Source of the DNA: Dicyema japonicum
Lineage: Eukaryota > Animalia > Dicyemida
Assembly (NCBI GenBank): GCA_011109175.1
Contig: RDEW01000012.1
Span: 532,228 to 596,227 of the forward strand
Direction: 5' to 3'
Length of the DNA: 64,000 bases
Shown: in pieces, positions 47,381 through 60,589 of the stretch
Position numbering within the stretch: position 1 is the first letter of the stretch
Layout: each line of letters opens with the position of its first letter
Notes under the pieces: model-generated
What the model was told of the DNA's origin: nothing
Seen by the model: only the letters and a program-made list of their open reading frames with translations
The model's database searches: none
Translations under genes and position numbers: made by a program

Positions 47381-50300
47381 ATGGATGTTGACTATTTTGC
47401 CTCTGGTCGTGTTTATTATTATTACATTTAAGGAGTCGATTTTTCTGATAATAAGGAGGATTACGATGAAATAACATCAGAAATATGGCAAGAAGCTTGC
47501 TGGATTGTTATCAGCGCCTATTTTGAGGAGAAAGGACTCGTTCGCCAGCAGCTCGACTCCTTCGACGAGTTTATCCAAATGTCTGTCCAACGAATCGTTG
47601 AGGAAACCCCACCAATTGAATTAAAAGCAGAATCAAAGCATAATCCCGATCAGGATGAGACCCAAGTACTTATAATGGCTAACTAAGATAAAATACGTGA
47701 TAAGATTCGGCCAAATTTACCTTTCCCGGCCAACCCATTGGGAAAAGGAGGGCAACGCAGTCCAAATGTTGCCAAACGAGGCCCGACTTCGTAATCTGAC
47801 ATATTCTGCCCCCATTTACGTAGACATCACCAAAACGTGCTTTCAGGACGACGTGGAGATCAGTAGTAATACCCACACCAAAGTCTTCATCGGGAGGGTC
47901 CCCATAATGCTCCGAAGTGCTTATTGTCTGCTCAACAACCTTTCAGCACGTGACTTGATTGAGCTGAAGGAGTGTCCCCTGGACCCTGGGGGCTACTTTA
48001 TCGTGAATGGTTCTGAGAAGGTGATCATTGCCCAGGAAAAGATGGCCTCCAATAACGGTGAGGGTTCTTTTTTACCAAAGTTTACGTTTTCCAGCAGAAG
48101 GATTCTAAGTACAGCTACAAGGCTGAGGTACGGTGTGCCATGGAGAACTCGAGTCGCCCTACGTCGACTCTGTGGGTTAATATGCTGGCACGTGGAGGAC
48201 AGGGGACCAAGAAGAGTGTTATAGGACAGAGGATAGTGGCCACGTTACCATATATTAAACAGGAGATCCCAATCATGGTGGTCTTCCGTGCTCTGGGATT
48301 TGTTTCAGATCGTGACATCCTCGAACACATCATCTATGACTTTGACGATCCCGAAATGATGGAGATGGTAATTCCATGATTTATCGCAGCTCAAACCTTC
48401 CCTGGACGAAGCATTCGTCATACAACATCAAAGTGTTGCTCTTAACTTTATTGGAACACGTGGGGCCCACCCAGGGGTCACTAAGGAGAAGAGGATCAAA
48501 TACGCACGTGAGATATTACAGAAAGAAGTGCTTCCACACGCGGGGATCTCTGATTTTTGTGAGACAAAGAAGGCTTACTTTTTGGGGTTTTTTGATTCCA
48601 TGATTTTAGATATATCGTCCATCGACTGTTGATGTGTGCTCTTGGGAGAAGACTGTGTGATGACAGGGACCACATGGCTTTCAAGAGACTGGACATGGCC
48701 GGTCCCCTTTTGGCTTTTCTGTTCCGTGGACTATTCCGTAATCTTGTCAAAGAGGTGAGAATGTACGCCCAGAAGATCATTGATGGTGGAAAGGACTTCA
48801 ACGTGGAGCTGTCTGTCAGAACACGTGTCATCACAGACGGACTACGATATTCTCTGGCCACAGGCAATTGGGGGGACCAGAAGAAAGCCCATATGTCCAG
48901 AGCGGGGGTATCGCAGGTCATTTAGCATGTATAATATCCTTAGGTTTTGAACAGACTTACTTACGTCTCGACCCTCTCACATTTGCGACGACTGAATTCA
49001 CCTATTGGGAGGGATGGCAAACTGGCACGGCCACGACAACTCCATAACACGCAGTGGGGGTATCTCTGTCCCGCAGAGACTCCAGAAGGGACCGCCGTTG
49101 GTTTGGTGAAGAACCTGGCTCTTATGGCTTACATTTCTGTGGGATCCCAACCGTATCCCATACTAGAGTTCCTGGAGGAGTGGGGGATGGAGAACTTGGA
49201 GGAAGTGTCCTCACCGACTATTGTGGGGAGGTTGATAGTGTTTTGTATGCAGTACTACTAAAATATTTGTAAATGGATGTTGGGTGGGTATTCACCGTGA
49301 TCCTGAACAGTTGATGGTGATTTTGCGGAAACTTAGGAGACAGACTGGGGACGTGGTTGTCTCTGAGGTAGGATTTTCTTAATCCCAGGTTTCTATACTA
49401 CGGGACATCGAGGACCGGGAGATCAAGATTTTTTGTGACGCTGGGAGAGCCTGCCGTCCACTCCTGATTGTAGAGAATCAAAAGCTGCTGTTGAAAATGC
49501 GTCACGTGGAAGGACTGAAGCGTCAGTATGATCCCATCGGGTAGTTATTTAATGTGACTTAGATGGCGGGATTTGGTTTCCGAGGGAGTGGTGGAGTACA
49601 TAGACTCGATTGAGGAACAGATGACCATGATAGCCATGCATCCTGACGATCTATCTGAAGTAAGTTCTTACTGTTCGACCTATACTCATTGTGAGATTCA
49701 CCCTTCTATGATCTTGGGTGTCTGTGCTTCCTTGATTCCTTTCCCTGATCACAATCAGTCCCCACGGAACACCTATCAAGCTGCTATGGGAAAACAGGCC
49801 ATGGGAGTTTATGTCACCAACTTTCACGTGCGTATGGACTCGTTGTCCTTCTGTCTTTACTATCCACAGAAACCGCTCACTACGACGAGAGCCATGGAAT
49901 TCCTTAAATTCCGTGAACTTCCATCTGGTAAGCTCTTGATTTATGTTAGGGATCAACACCATCGTGGCTATAGCCGCTTATACGGGATATAATCAAGAAG
50001 ACTCCATTATTATGAACCAGTCAGCCGTGGATAGGGGGCTATTCAGGTTTTTCCATACTTTTTATTCCAGAGCTGTGTTTTATCGTTGCTACAGAGATCA
50101 AGAAACTAAGAAACCACCGTATGAGGAAGACTTTTTCGAGAAGCCTAACAGAAAGGAAGTGGTTGGGATGAGACATGCCTTGTATGATAAACTTGACGAG
50201 GATGGAGTCATTGCTCCTGGAACACGTGTCTCTGGTGATGACGTCATCATTGGGAAGACATGTATGCTCAATGAGAGTGAGGACGAGAAGGAAGGGGAAG

Positions 50301-51285
50301 TAAAGAAGTATACAAAGCGAGATGTGTCTACGTTTTTACGGAAAACGGAGAACGGGATTGTTGACCAGGTAATACCAGTCTCTTAGTGGAGGTGATGATG
50401 ACTGTGAGTCAGGAAGGCTACAAGTTCTGTAAAGTGAGGGTGAGGACCTGCAAGATTCCCCAGATTGGTGACAAGTTTGCTTCTCGTCACGGTCAGAAAG
50501 GGACTTGCGGAATTCTGTACCGACAGGAGGTTTTTGTGATTCCCAATTAAAGGATCTTCCGTTTACCGGGGAAGGAATAACTCCGGACCTGATAATAAAT
50601 CCCCACGCTATTCCCAGTCGAATGACCATTGGGCACCTGATTGAGTGTCTCTTGGGGAAGTTATCTGCATGTAAGGGTGAGATTGGGGATGCCACCCCTT
50701 TCAACGACACAATCAACGTGCAGAAGATATCAAACATGCTAAAGGACTATGGGTACCATTTGCGAGGGAATGAGGTATTGGTCATGTGACGGGTAGGTTA
50801 TGTACTGTGGGTTCACTGGAAGGAAGATTAACACTCAGATTTTCATAGGTCCTACCTATTATCAGAGGTTGAAACATATGGTGGACGATAAAATTCATGC
50901 CAGAGCACGTGGGCCTGTTCAAATATTGACTAGACAACCATTGGAGGGGCGATCACGGTGATTGGTGATGGTTATTAAAGTGACGGTGGTCTTCGGTTTG
51001 GGGAGATGGAGAGGGACTGTCAGATCTCCCACGGAGCCTCCCAGTTTTTGCGGGAACGTCTGTTTGAAGTTTCTGATCCATATTATGTGGTTGTGTGTAA
51101 CCACTGTGGGTTCATCGCCATATTCTCAAAGTCAAAGAAGTCTTTAGAGTGCAAGGCCTGCAAGAATAAGACACAGGTGATGTGATTTGCTATGTTAGAT
51201 GTCCCTTGTTGGGATTCCATATGCCTGTAAGCTGTTGTTTCAGGAGTTGATGTCGATGTCTATTGCCCCCAGGATGTTTGTATAA
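47381..51285 (+). CDS. POLR2B: RNA polymerase II second-largest subunit
   Basis: Intact after removing 16 GT-AG introns of 27,22,23,22,23,27,22,21,22,22,24,23,23,22,23,22 nt; motifs [44 protein letters not shown]; TAA at 51283-51285. Confidence 0.99.
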
Positions 51286-51939
51286 TTTATCTTTTTAATG
51301 AGATTGTGTTATTTTGTTTTAGTGAATGATAGTTTTTTGAGATACTCTAATGTTATGTAGTGCTTGGAGTTGGAGCCAATTATATTGTTTTTTATAACAA
51401 CGTGGGTTCTCATATGACCATCATGTGAATCATTGTTATGAGTTTAGTATTTGGTGACTAAATCTCGTGTAGATAGTAAAAACTGGATATTCCCTGTCAT
51501 ACGTAGTTGTATAAGTAGTAATATGCCTACAGATAATCACTCCTCCAATACGTACTCTTGCTTCATCATTAGGGCGATTTTTTGACTTTATATATGCGAA
51601 ATTTTTACCTTTCTTGATTTTATTTTTTAATATACAAAAAACTAATAAAAATCTTTGTTAAAATGCAGAATAATGTAATTTAAAACGTTTTTGGGTTTAA
51701 CATTTTGGTTTTTGTTTAACAGCGTCTTTTGTGAAAAGGGCTTCTTCTGCCTTCTTTATCAATTCACATATACCACCATATTGGCATAATATTGCTGATG
51801 TACGTAGTTTGTATGACAAACCGCTACATCTTTAGACTAAATCCCTTCTAAATCAAATTTCACTTGAATTACGAGGAGATTAACACAATTTGATTGATTC
51901 TAAAAGAATAATGTTTTCAAGCGATACGAAAAAATGTTG

Positions 51940-52460
51940 AGAAACACTGGTCTAGATGACCCAGCGCTACCTCAAGTAGACACCGGAGTGTTTCTAAGTC
52001 GTTCGAGACAAAATCCAGGTCGTCAGTGTACACTCTTTGGATTAATTTGATTAACCTATACATACCGGTAGAAGGATCCTACCCAAACCTATCCAGCCTC
52101 TTAGCACCAAAGAACGTTCTAGTACCTAAATGCACCCCGTTTGGCTTGCTTAACAGTCCTCTGACAGCCGAGGCGAACTCATTGCAAATGGTCTCATTGA
52201 TATGATTGTCCTGAATGAACCTAAATTACACACAAAAACCCCATTAAGGAGCACTGATAGCTGCACTTCTTTCGATTTAACCTTATGTTCACCCTTTTTA
52301 GCATGTCTTGCTACATTGTGGTTCTTCTAGCGATCATAATCCCATCCTTCTTGTGTTAAGAGGATTTCGGAAACGCCGGATTCGTTGACATGGAATTGGT
52401 CAAAGGACTCTCATCACAGTTTGGCCATTCAAAAGGCTGACAACATATTTATTCCTCTCT
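51940..52460 (+). mobile_element. Decayed LINE APE endonuclease
   Basis: INLYIP, IVLNEP, FDLTLCSP and SDHNPIL fragments. Confidence 0.65.
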
Positions 52461-52479
52461 CATCATACACAAATTATAT

Positions 52480-52990
52480 ATCATCAATTCCCCGACACTT
52501 ACACTCATAAAATGAAGAATCCTTCTTTTGTGTCTGTATACGATTTTTTAGGAGTACATCTTTTATATAGTAGATCTGAATGGTTTCTTACCTCCTTGCA
52601 GACACGTAAGAAGACCAGCCCATTTCTTAACGTCACCGACTCTGAAAGGAGACGAGGGATAAATATGGTGTCTGATTGCATATGCCGCATAATTTCATAC
52701 GCTCGACCCTCGAAGATGAAAGAGCGGAAAAACATGCATAATCGATTGTCGGCACAATAACTTGAAGATATAATTTGCTTATATAAACTGTAGGTGGAAA
52801 AGGAATTTTCTTTATGATAGTTTTTGGGACTTTCGAAGCTCTTTAACAAACATTTCCTCTGTGTGATTAGAGAACGTCATTAAACCTGGTTGAAATGTTA
52901 CTGGAAGAGTTATCCACCCCCTGGGAGAGTCATTATTATCATGGCACTTTCACGAAAGCCATAATGTTTATAGCCCGCATGTGCAACACT
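52480..52990 (-). mobile_element. Possible decayed LINE RT C-terminal fragment
   Basis: IVPTIDYAC resembles VLPSIEYA in the LINE fragment at 56150-56800. Confidence 0.4.
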
Positions 52991-53470
52991 CAAAGAAACA
53001 ATATTTATAGTTAGTCTTTTCCATCTTCCTCTGTCGAATGCGAGTGATCTTCAATTCGTCCAGGTCGTCCCCCGTCTTTAGATTTTTTCTCACACGATTT
53101 AGGTCTTTGTTTAAGGCAGTCGGAAGTGTCGATCTAGGTCGTCAGCGGAAGGGTTTTTCGCAACTGTCAAAGTAATCTTCCATCGCTTTGTTAGCGGGTG
53201 CGTCCAAGTTCATTCTTAGTATATGTCCAAATAGCCTTCACCGGGCATCTATCACATCCTTGCTGATGTATGAACACATACACTTGTTGTAGATACCAGT
53301 GGTTGATATTCTACGCGGCCACTCCATTCCGAGTAAGCTTCTTAGTTGCCTTCTATACGAATCCAGTTTCAATAGTTCGTTGAAGGAGCTTCCCCATGTG
53401 CCAGCGTTGTATAGTGGTTTCACAAACGCGTTGTAAAGCCTGCATCTGATGTCAATTCCACAATCCAAAT
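52990..53470 (-). mobile_element. 3' fragment of the RTE family seen at 18290
   Basis: RLYNAFVKPLYNAGTW, RLFGHILR, PANKAMEDYF, RPRSTLP...DLDEL. Confidence 0.85.
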
Positions 53471-53575
53471 TTATAATAAATCTATATAATTAATAAATTG
53501 GCAAGAAATCGATGATAGCATATTGTATTGATATAAATTTTTAATAATATTAAGAATTACTATTAAATAAATTAT

Positions 53576-55559
53576 ATGAGCTATAAAGATCTTGTTGACA
53601 GTAAAAAGGCTAAACTTGAAGCTTTAAAGTCATCACGACTGCAAAGAGAAGAAGCTAAGAGGAAGACCCATGAGGTAATTCTTTATTAATATCAGGCCTC
53701 TCAGTCATTATCAACACTTTCAGATATTTCAGATCTTAAAGATGAGGCTACCAAACTCCTCACCGGTCTTGGAGTTCCAATGACTAACGTTTCAAGAAAT
53801 ATTTTCCATTCCAATTCAAGCAGTACTCTCACTATGAGAGACTCATCAGACTTTACTGATAAGACATCGTTAGATCCTTTCTTATTATAGAACACCTGTA
53901 AAGGCTACCAAGTCTGTGGAAACCGCAGATAAGGCTACAGAATGTCTACTTTTTAACCCTTTAACCGACAGATACAGCAAATCTACGCAAACTACTTATA
54001 TTGAAGGGAATGATTTGGTTGACTCTGAAACCACTAAGGTCGAACCAAAAGTTGATAAAAGTCCTGAAAATATATTACAAGAAAAATCTGTTTATAAGAC
54101 TACAGAGATGTGTTTGTCTGAGGAGGAACTAGAAAACATCCTGATGGACCATAAATTTATAAGTTTTGCATATCAGGCTTTGAATATTGTGGAGAGAGTG
54201 TTGGCTGAAGAAGTGAAGGATGTATTAGTGGACTACTCACTAGACATAACTGAAACTGATGAAAAAGACCGCCAAGATCAATTAACTTGCAGACGTATAT
54301 TCGTAGATAATAAATGTAATCGGGCATGCCTTTCTCTCGATTGGTCCCCTTCTGTATTTGTCTATCTAATTCTCAGTATCCAGAACTTTTGATTTCTGGT
54401 TATGGAGGTCGTAGTAATGATACTTCTGGGGTCGTATATGTATGGAATCTTAACTTTAGTAAGAAAACCCCAGAATATAGTTTTATATCATCTGTAAGTT
54501 AATATAGTGATTAAAGTCTTCGATATCGTCAGTTTTGGCTCCCAAATATAATCCTAATTACATATTGGCTGGCACCATCTCTGGTCAGGTGCTACTTTGG
54601 GACAAAAGAGTTTGCAAACAGACGCCTTCTCAGAGAACTCAGATTAGTCAGAAAGGTCATGCTGTAAGTTTTATTTTCATTTTTAGCACAGTGTTCACCA
54701 TTTAAGTATTTCTGGAACATCTAACGCCCACAATCTTGTGACTGCTTCTAATGATGGTAGATTTTGTACGTGGAGCTTGGATATGTTGACTCAGCCAATT
54801 GTTGTTATATATGTAATACTAGGATTCTTATGATATTTTTGCATCTTCTAATAAACTGATGCTTAGTTCTTTAGCCTTCCAACCTGGGGATATCTCTAAT
54901 TTCATAAGTGGAACAAGTGAGGGATACCTATACGGACATTTGAGAGATGATAAGTTTGTTATTATGTCATTGTAGTTTATTAAGTCTTTCTAACAAATAT
55001 GATGGACATTCTAGTCTTATTACTGCAATATCTGGGAATTATACTAAAGGACATGTTGACTTTTCTGGTTATTTTTTGACATCCTCCATGGACTGGACTG
55101 TTAAATTGTGGAGAGTTAATGTTCTTATTCTTTTAATGGTAGGAATCCAGGCCTGTTCATACATTCGAGTGGGGCATTAATTGTGTTTATGGGGTCGAGT
55201 GGTCCCCGGTTCATCCTGGACTCTTCTGCTCTGTGGATGGGGAGGGAAGATTGAACTTGTGGAATCTTCTGAGAGATGCTGAGGTAGTGAATCACATAAT
55301 TGCAGTTTCCTAGTTCTGTGGGGGAGGTGTTTGAGGATAGGCAGAACTCATTGGCGATGTGTTCGTGCAGGTGGAATGCTTTTGGGAACATATTGGCTGC
55401 CGGAGATTCTGGAGGGAGGACATATGTGTATGATGTTAGTGAGGTTAGATTTTTATTATTTTAGTTTGCCCCAAAATGGATGATTGGTGTTCTGTTAACA
55501 GGGTTTTCAATGACATGAGGACTAATTCTATGGAGGATAATCAGATTGCTTTTATTTAA
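53576..55559 (+). CDS. DYNC1I: Cytoplasmic dynein 1 intermediate chain
   Basis: N-terminal coiled coil, YSKSTQT, SEEELENIL...IVERVLAE, WD40 motifs (DWSPSYPELL, SSMDWTVKLW, WSPVHPGLFCSVDGEGRLNLWNL); introns mostly 21-23 nt. Last junction has a frame ambiguity at 55469-55472. Confidence 0.95.
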
Positions 55560-55849
55560 TATATATTATTTGTTTCCTTATTTTTCACTATTATATAAGT
55601 TTTTTAAACATTAATTTCACTCATACATTCATCGACGATCATCATCAATCCCATTAACATAGTAAGATAATAGTACTCCTAGTTGCCTCATATGGTTCAC
55701 CAGTTGCGAAATTTATTGAGGCGATCAGGGTGCACTTAATTCTCGGAGAAAAAGCGCTCAGGTCACTCTACCACGGGTATAACATCTCGCATCCGGTAAA
55801 AATTTCTTGCCTGACCGCGGCTTATCGTATCCTTTTTTCTAACCGATGT

Positions 55850-56124
55850 AAATTAAATGATCGAATTTCTGCTATTCAACTGCAAGTTAACGGAATTAAA
55901 GAAAAAATTATAAAACTTTGAGCACATTTTAAAATTCAGGATTGACTTTTTCATCATTTATGAATTAGACCATAACCTTAATTTGAAGAGACACTTAGAA
56001 ATGCAGGTGGTTTATTGTCGGACCATTCGAAGAGAATTTGAGAGATGTTGGAGGCTGTGATCACTTAATTAGCGAGTTAATACTTTCTTGGTGGTCTTGA
56101 GGCTTTAAAATAAATAATAAATAA
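55850..56124 (+). mobile_element. LINE 3' terminus of the same family as 2235-2400
   Basis: taattagcgagttaatactttcttggtggtcttgaggctttaaaataaataa matches the reverse complement of 2235-2290. Confidence 0.7.
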
Positions 56125-56149
56125 GAGTCGAGGACGTGACACTGTTCGT

Positions 56150-56800
56150 GCAAGAGATATCAAACCTTAGGGTCTTTGGTTCTTAAAGAACCGTCTAAAT
56201 ATTTCACCAGGAAAGTCACATGTAACGACGTTTACCTCATCACGAAAAGAAATACGGGTAAAGGCAGAAATAAAATTTTATCCCCCATTATGAAGACCCT
56301 TTCAATCCTTGGAGTCTCCTGGATCCTTTCCTTTCATGCACTCATCAAGTGGATTTGGTAACCGCAAGAATCCTAAAGAAAATTGGAATTCTCAAGGCTT
56401 TTGCTCACACCCCAATATCTTCCCGCCCATCGTTAGAGCTTCTATACAAACAATTTGTTCTACCGAGTATCGAGTATGCCTATGCTGCATGGATTACACG
56501 AGCAAGCTGGAAGTTTTACAAAACCGATGTCTCAGAATATTATTGAGATTGTCGAAAAAGACGTTTACTTTTCGTTACTACAGAACACTAAACGTCCTCC
56601 CAATTATGGAATACCTTACGGAACGCCACCGAAACTTCCTCATGGTAAAGTCCCCTGACCATCCCCTTGAGCCGGACATCAAACTATATCTGGACGCCTG
56701 CCCGATATACAAAAGAAACCTTCTCCATTGTGGAGATTAATCCAGTTTTCATAAGACACGTCCTAGATTTGTAAACTAAACTGAAGAGATGCGTAGATTC
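56150..56800 (+). mobile_element. LINE RT C-terminal fragment
   Basis: TLSILGV, LYKQFVLPSIEYA, KLEVLQNRCLRI. Confidence 0.8.
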
Positions 56801-56964
56801 ACAGGACCACTTAGCCTTGTCTCACAAAATAGGCGAACTACAAAAGCAATTGTCGGAACAATTCATAAGTTGGAATGAGAATAAGCGGAACTCTCACTAC
56901 GGAACCTAAACAAACACAATCCCTTTTACTGGAAAGTATACGGAAGAGTGAGGAACCCAGAGTC

Positions 56965-57138
56965 AATCGCAAACAAGATTGTGCTCAAGAAACCGGATGG
57001 CACCTACTAAGCTGAAGAAATACCTCTAGTTTTTGAGACACAGCTTAAAAAGATATTTGATGTGGACGATGATGTCATCGCAGAGAAGACTTGTTACGAA
57101 CCATTGTCAGAGAAAACAGCATTTATAGAGATCTCTCT
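56965..57138 (+). repeat. Near-identical ~170 bp copy of 59117-59286 (LINE ORF2 linker segment)
   Basis: Both read caagattgtgctcaagaaaccggatggcacctac...ttgttacgaaccattgtcagagaaaacagcattta. Confidence 0.9.
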
Positions 57139-57449
57139 AGAAGAGCTGAAGATATGATCTTAATTTTAAATTAATAAAAAAACTTTTTTCCCAATATCTT
57201 TTTAAGAAGCGTTTGCAGCTCTGGGAAATACCCAATAAACCTCATTTCAAAATCGGCCAGATTATTCTCGTAGTTTTTTAGTTTGGACTTAACTTGAAAA
57301 CTCTGGCAGAAGCACTTAGAATTGTTTGTATATAGTAAAAACAATAAGTTTTTTTTATTTATATAGTTATATATTAAAGCAAGTTCTTATCAATTATAAT
57401 TGTAACAAATTATAAAATTTCATTAAAAATTATTACTATTTGCACTTAA

Positions 57450-59880
57450 AAAATGGAGAGGTTTTAAAAAAGAGTAGTATTGAAAGCATTAAGGATCTGT
57501 CTCTGGAACCGTTAACTGTGAAAGACAAACCCAAATCAGTGTCCGAGTGGATCGACAGATCATTGGTTGACAGTTGAACTCTCGCTATAGACAAGAGCAT
57601 GGGGAGTATTAAACTTGCAAACCTGTATGTGATTGAAATCACTGAAAAACGCCAGAGTGACTGAAAAGCCCCGGATTTTCCGATTAAAGTTTAAAGAAAG
57701 AGTCAGATAAAATTCATTCGTTGAAGAGACTAATCTATTTTCTCCTTTCAGGAAGGGAATCCACAAGGCGATCGAACTCAAGAGAGGCTTTCGTAAATTG
57801 TTCTAAAGAATGTCCTAACATGGATTGAAGAAGACGAACTTATGACTTACATGAAAGAAATTGCTCCAACCACTGAGTCGGTGAAACGTATTATTAGGAA
57901 TGGAAGAAAATCCCTGTTGTGAAGATGAGCTTAAAGTCAAGGGCAGAAGCTACGTCCTTGATACGCCTGGGTTTTGTCATTGAATGGATGGAAATCGATT
58001 GTTAGTGGGCCAGAAACCTCCCAAGATGCTTTAATTGTCAATATTTCGGACACATTGCAAGACATTACATGGGGCAAAGAGATGATTCTTATGTGGAGGA
58101 CCAATAGTTTCCCGAGTGCCCAGAACCGAAACATAGAAGATCCTGTATCAACTGCGGGTCTGATGATCACAGAACAAGTTATGGTGGTTGTCCGGTTGCC
58201 AGGGAAACCGTGGCCTCCACAGGAAAAGGAACCGAATGTCATGTGCTAGGAACATTGAGGAGAAGGAGAAAATCCTCCTCCGCCACATTACCAAAGTCTA
58301 GTGAAAACAAGCAGGACGCATAATCAAAAATCGACCTCTAAAATACGATGTTATGAATCCAACACAGAAAAAGCCAATTGTGGATATAGAATACCTGGAG
58401 GAGAAGCTAAAAAGATTTTGCTGGGAATCTATTTCGGGGGCATCTGAAAGACAATCGAGAGAACTTACATATGTGATTAACCGTCTAAATGAAGAGTGTG
58501 ATAAGGTAAACTTGGATTTACTGCAAGTGGTGGCTCTGGTCTGAAGAGATCAGGCCGCCAAGACCAGTGAATCAAAACATAATGATCATGCTCGTGAATG
58601 CCCGATCAATCTTGAGGAGTCATCACGAGTTAGCTTCCCTGGCGAATACCGAGGAAGCTGATATAATAATTGTTAACGAAACGAAGATGAAGTCAAATGA
58701 GAATACAGTACTCCCGGGTTTCGAATCGATATCTTTATACTGGAAAGAAGGGGCTATACCAGGGACTGGAACATCAATTTTTATCAGTGTCATTTAAAAA
58801 CAAGGAATCCCAGAATTGTTTCATCAATTTGTGTGAGTTTGTCGCCATTGATGTTCGTTGTGTCGACTGATGGCTCGCAATTGGCAGTATGCATTCCAAA
58901 TCCTTGAGGGAATGTATTGGAGATATCTCCCAGTTCTTCAGTGAAAACCCGATGGCCATAATGGGAGGTGATCTCAACTCCAAGAGCACATCCTTTGGCT
59001 GCAAGAAGAGTAACAGGGATGGCAAGCTCCTGATGAAGCTATATCTAAAGGCCTAGGAGTAAAAGTCTTACATCGAAAAAGGATAACCATTTCTCTCCCT
59101 ACGGGAGTGACATACGAATCGCAATCAAGATTGTGCTCAAGAAACCGGATGGCACCTACTATGCTGAAGAAGAAATACCTCTAGTTTTTGAGACACAGCA
59201 AGATATTTGATGTGGACGATAATGTCATCGCAGAGAACTTGTTACGAACCATTGTCAGAGAAAACAGCATTTATTGAGATCTCTCTTATCCTGCAACTAC
59301 CGTCCGATCAGCCAGATTCGGTCAATTTCAAAAATTATGGAAAAATTGTCTTCTGGAGGCTTACAAATCAGCTGGAAAAAGAAGACTACTTCAGAAATGA
59401 TCAATTTTGTTTTAGCCCAGGACGGTCATGCGGTGATTGCTTATTTCATTTCAACTCCGAGTTATGCAAAGCCAGAGAATCCAAATGTCTCCTAAATGTC
59501 ATATGTCTCGACATATCAAAAGCATTTGACAGTGTTAACCACAGATCCATAATCGGTCAGTTATCTCTGACTGGGAGCCAAAGGAACTAGTGAATTGGGT
59601 GAAAGTGTACCTAAAAGGAAGAAAATCTAATGTTGGATGCGGACGCTATTTTTCAAATATGATATTATTGAAGAGAGGAGTCCCACAAGGATCAATTTTA
59701 AGCCCTCTATTGTTTAATGTTCTAATGGCCGGTTTCCTGCCTGGTCTACACCAAGTACGAGATCTCTGATTTTTTGGAGTCACAAAAAGGACTATTCGCT
59801 CACTCCCATCCAAATAAAGACTTTTCGGACGACATCCTCTTTTACTCATAGTCCGCCTAGGCCACATGTGATTCTAATGA
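57450..59880 (+). mobile_element. Decayed two-ORF LINE (Jockey/I-like): Gag-like ORF1 with CCHC knuckles, APE, RT
   Basis: PRCFNCQYFGHIAR...CINCGSDDHRTSYGGCP; LVNARSI, DIIIVNETK; NYRPISQIRSISKIMEKL; LDISKAFDSVNH; GVPQGSILSPLLFN. Confidence 0.88.
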
Positions 59881-60019
59881 TAGCAGTTGAAATTGACATT
59901 TTAAACTTCCAAGATACTTTGACTCATTCCGAAAGGGAACAAAAATAGTCATTAACTTTCCCCCATCACATGGAGGTGATTCCATCATTTTAAGGTTATT
60001 AATGTATTAAAGCAATTTA

Positions 60020-60460
60020 TTAACTTTCATGTAAAAGATTTTCCTTAATTAGAAACTCAATTTTAATAGAAATTCTTTTAATATGCAGTTGAATCTCATT
60101 TTGAATATTTTGAGCATAAATTTTATACAAATTTGTTACAATATCGACAATTTCCTAATATTAATAAAATAATAACTTTACGAATGTCATTCTTATTAAA
60201 TTCTATAATATTTTTTATATTTGATTGAATCTGCGAGGACATTTCAAGTTTCAATTTATCCAATTCGTCTTCAATATTATTAACACGTGTATTTAGCTCG
60301 GTCTGAATTGATTTCAAGTTCTGTTCATTTTGCCAACTTTGTAATGACATTGATTCACTCAACTGTGGATGTTCTTGACTGTATTCACATACAAGTTTAT
60401 ATTTTGAGTATTTAACATTCGCTCATTGTCTCTTATATATTCAACCAGCTTTGTAATCAT
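60020..60460 (-). CDS. Orphan short coiled-coil gene candidate
   Basis: A 22-nt GT-AG intron (about 60155-60176) extends the 60123-60362 ORF in frame (IRK|EIVDIVTNLYK...LLHES*). 5' junction unresolved. Confidence 0.4.
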
Positions 60461-60589
60461 ACTACTAAGCAACTATTTATAATTTTATTAATATTATTAT
60501 AGCTTTACAATTTTTACATTTTTTGCATATGTTGAGATGGTGATGTGCCTATTGAACAGTATGTCTTGAAACCGAGAATTCAACGACTT

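Noticed and set aside
48496-50737. Minus-strand ORFs 48496-48921, 49651-49962 and 50336-50737
   Set aside because: Antisense shadows of POLR2B with no independent protein signal.
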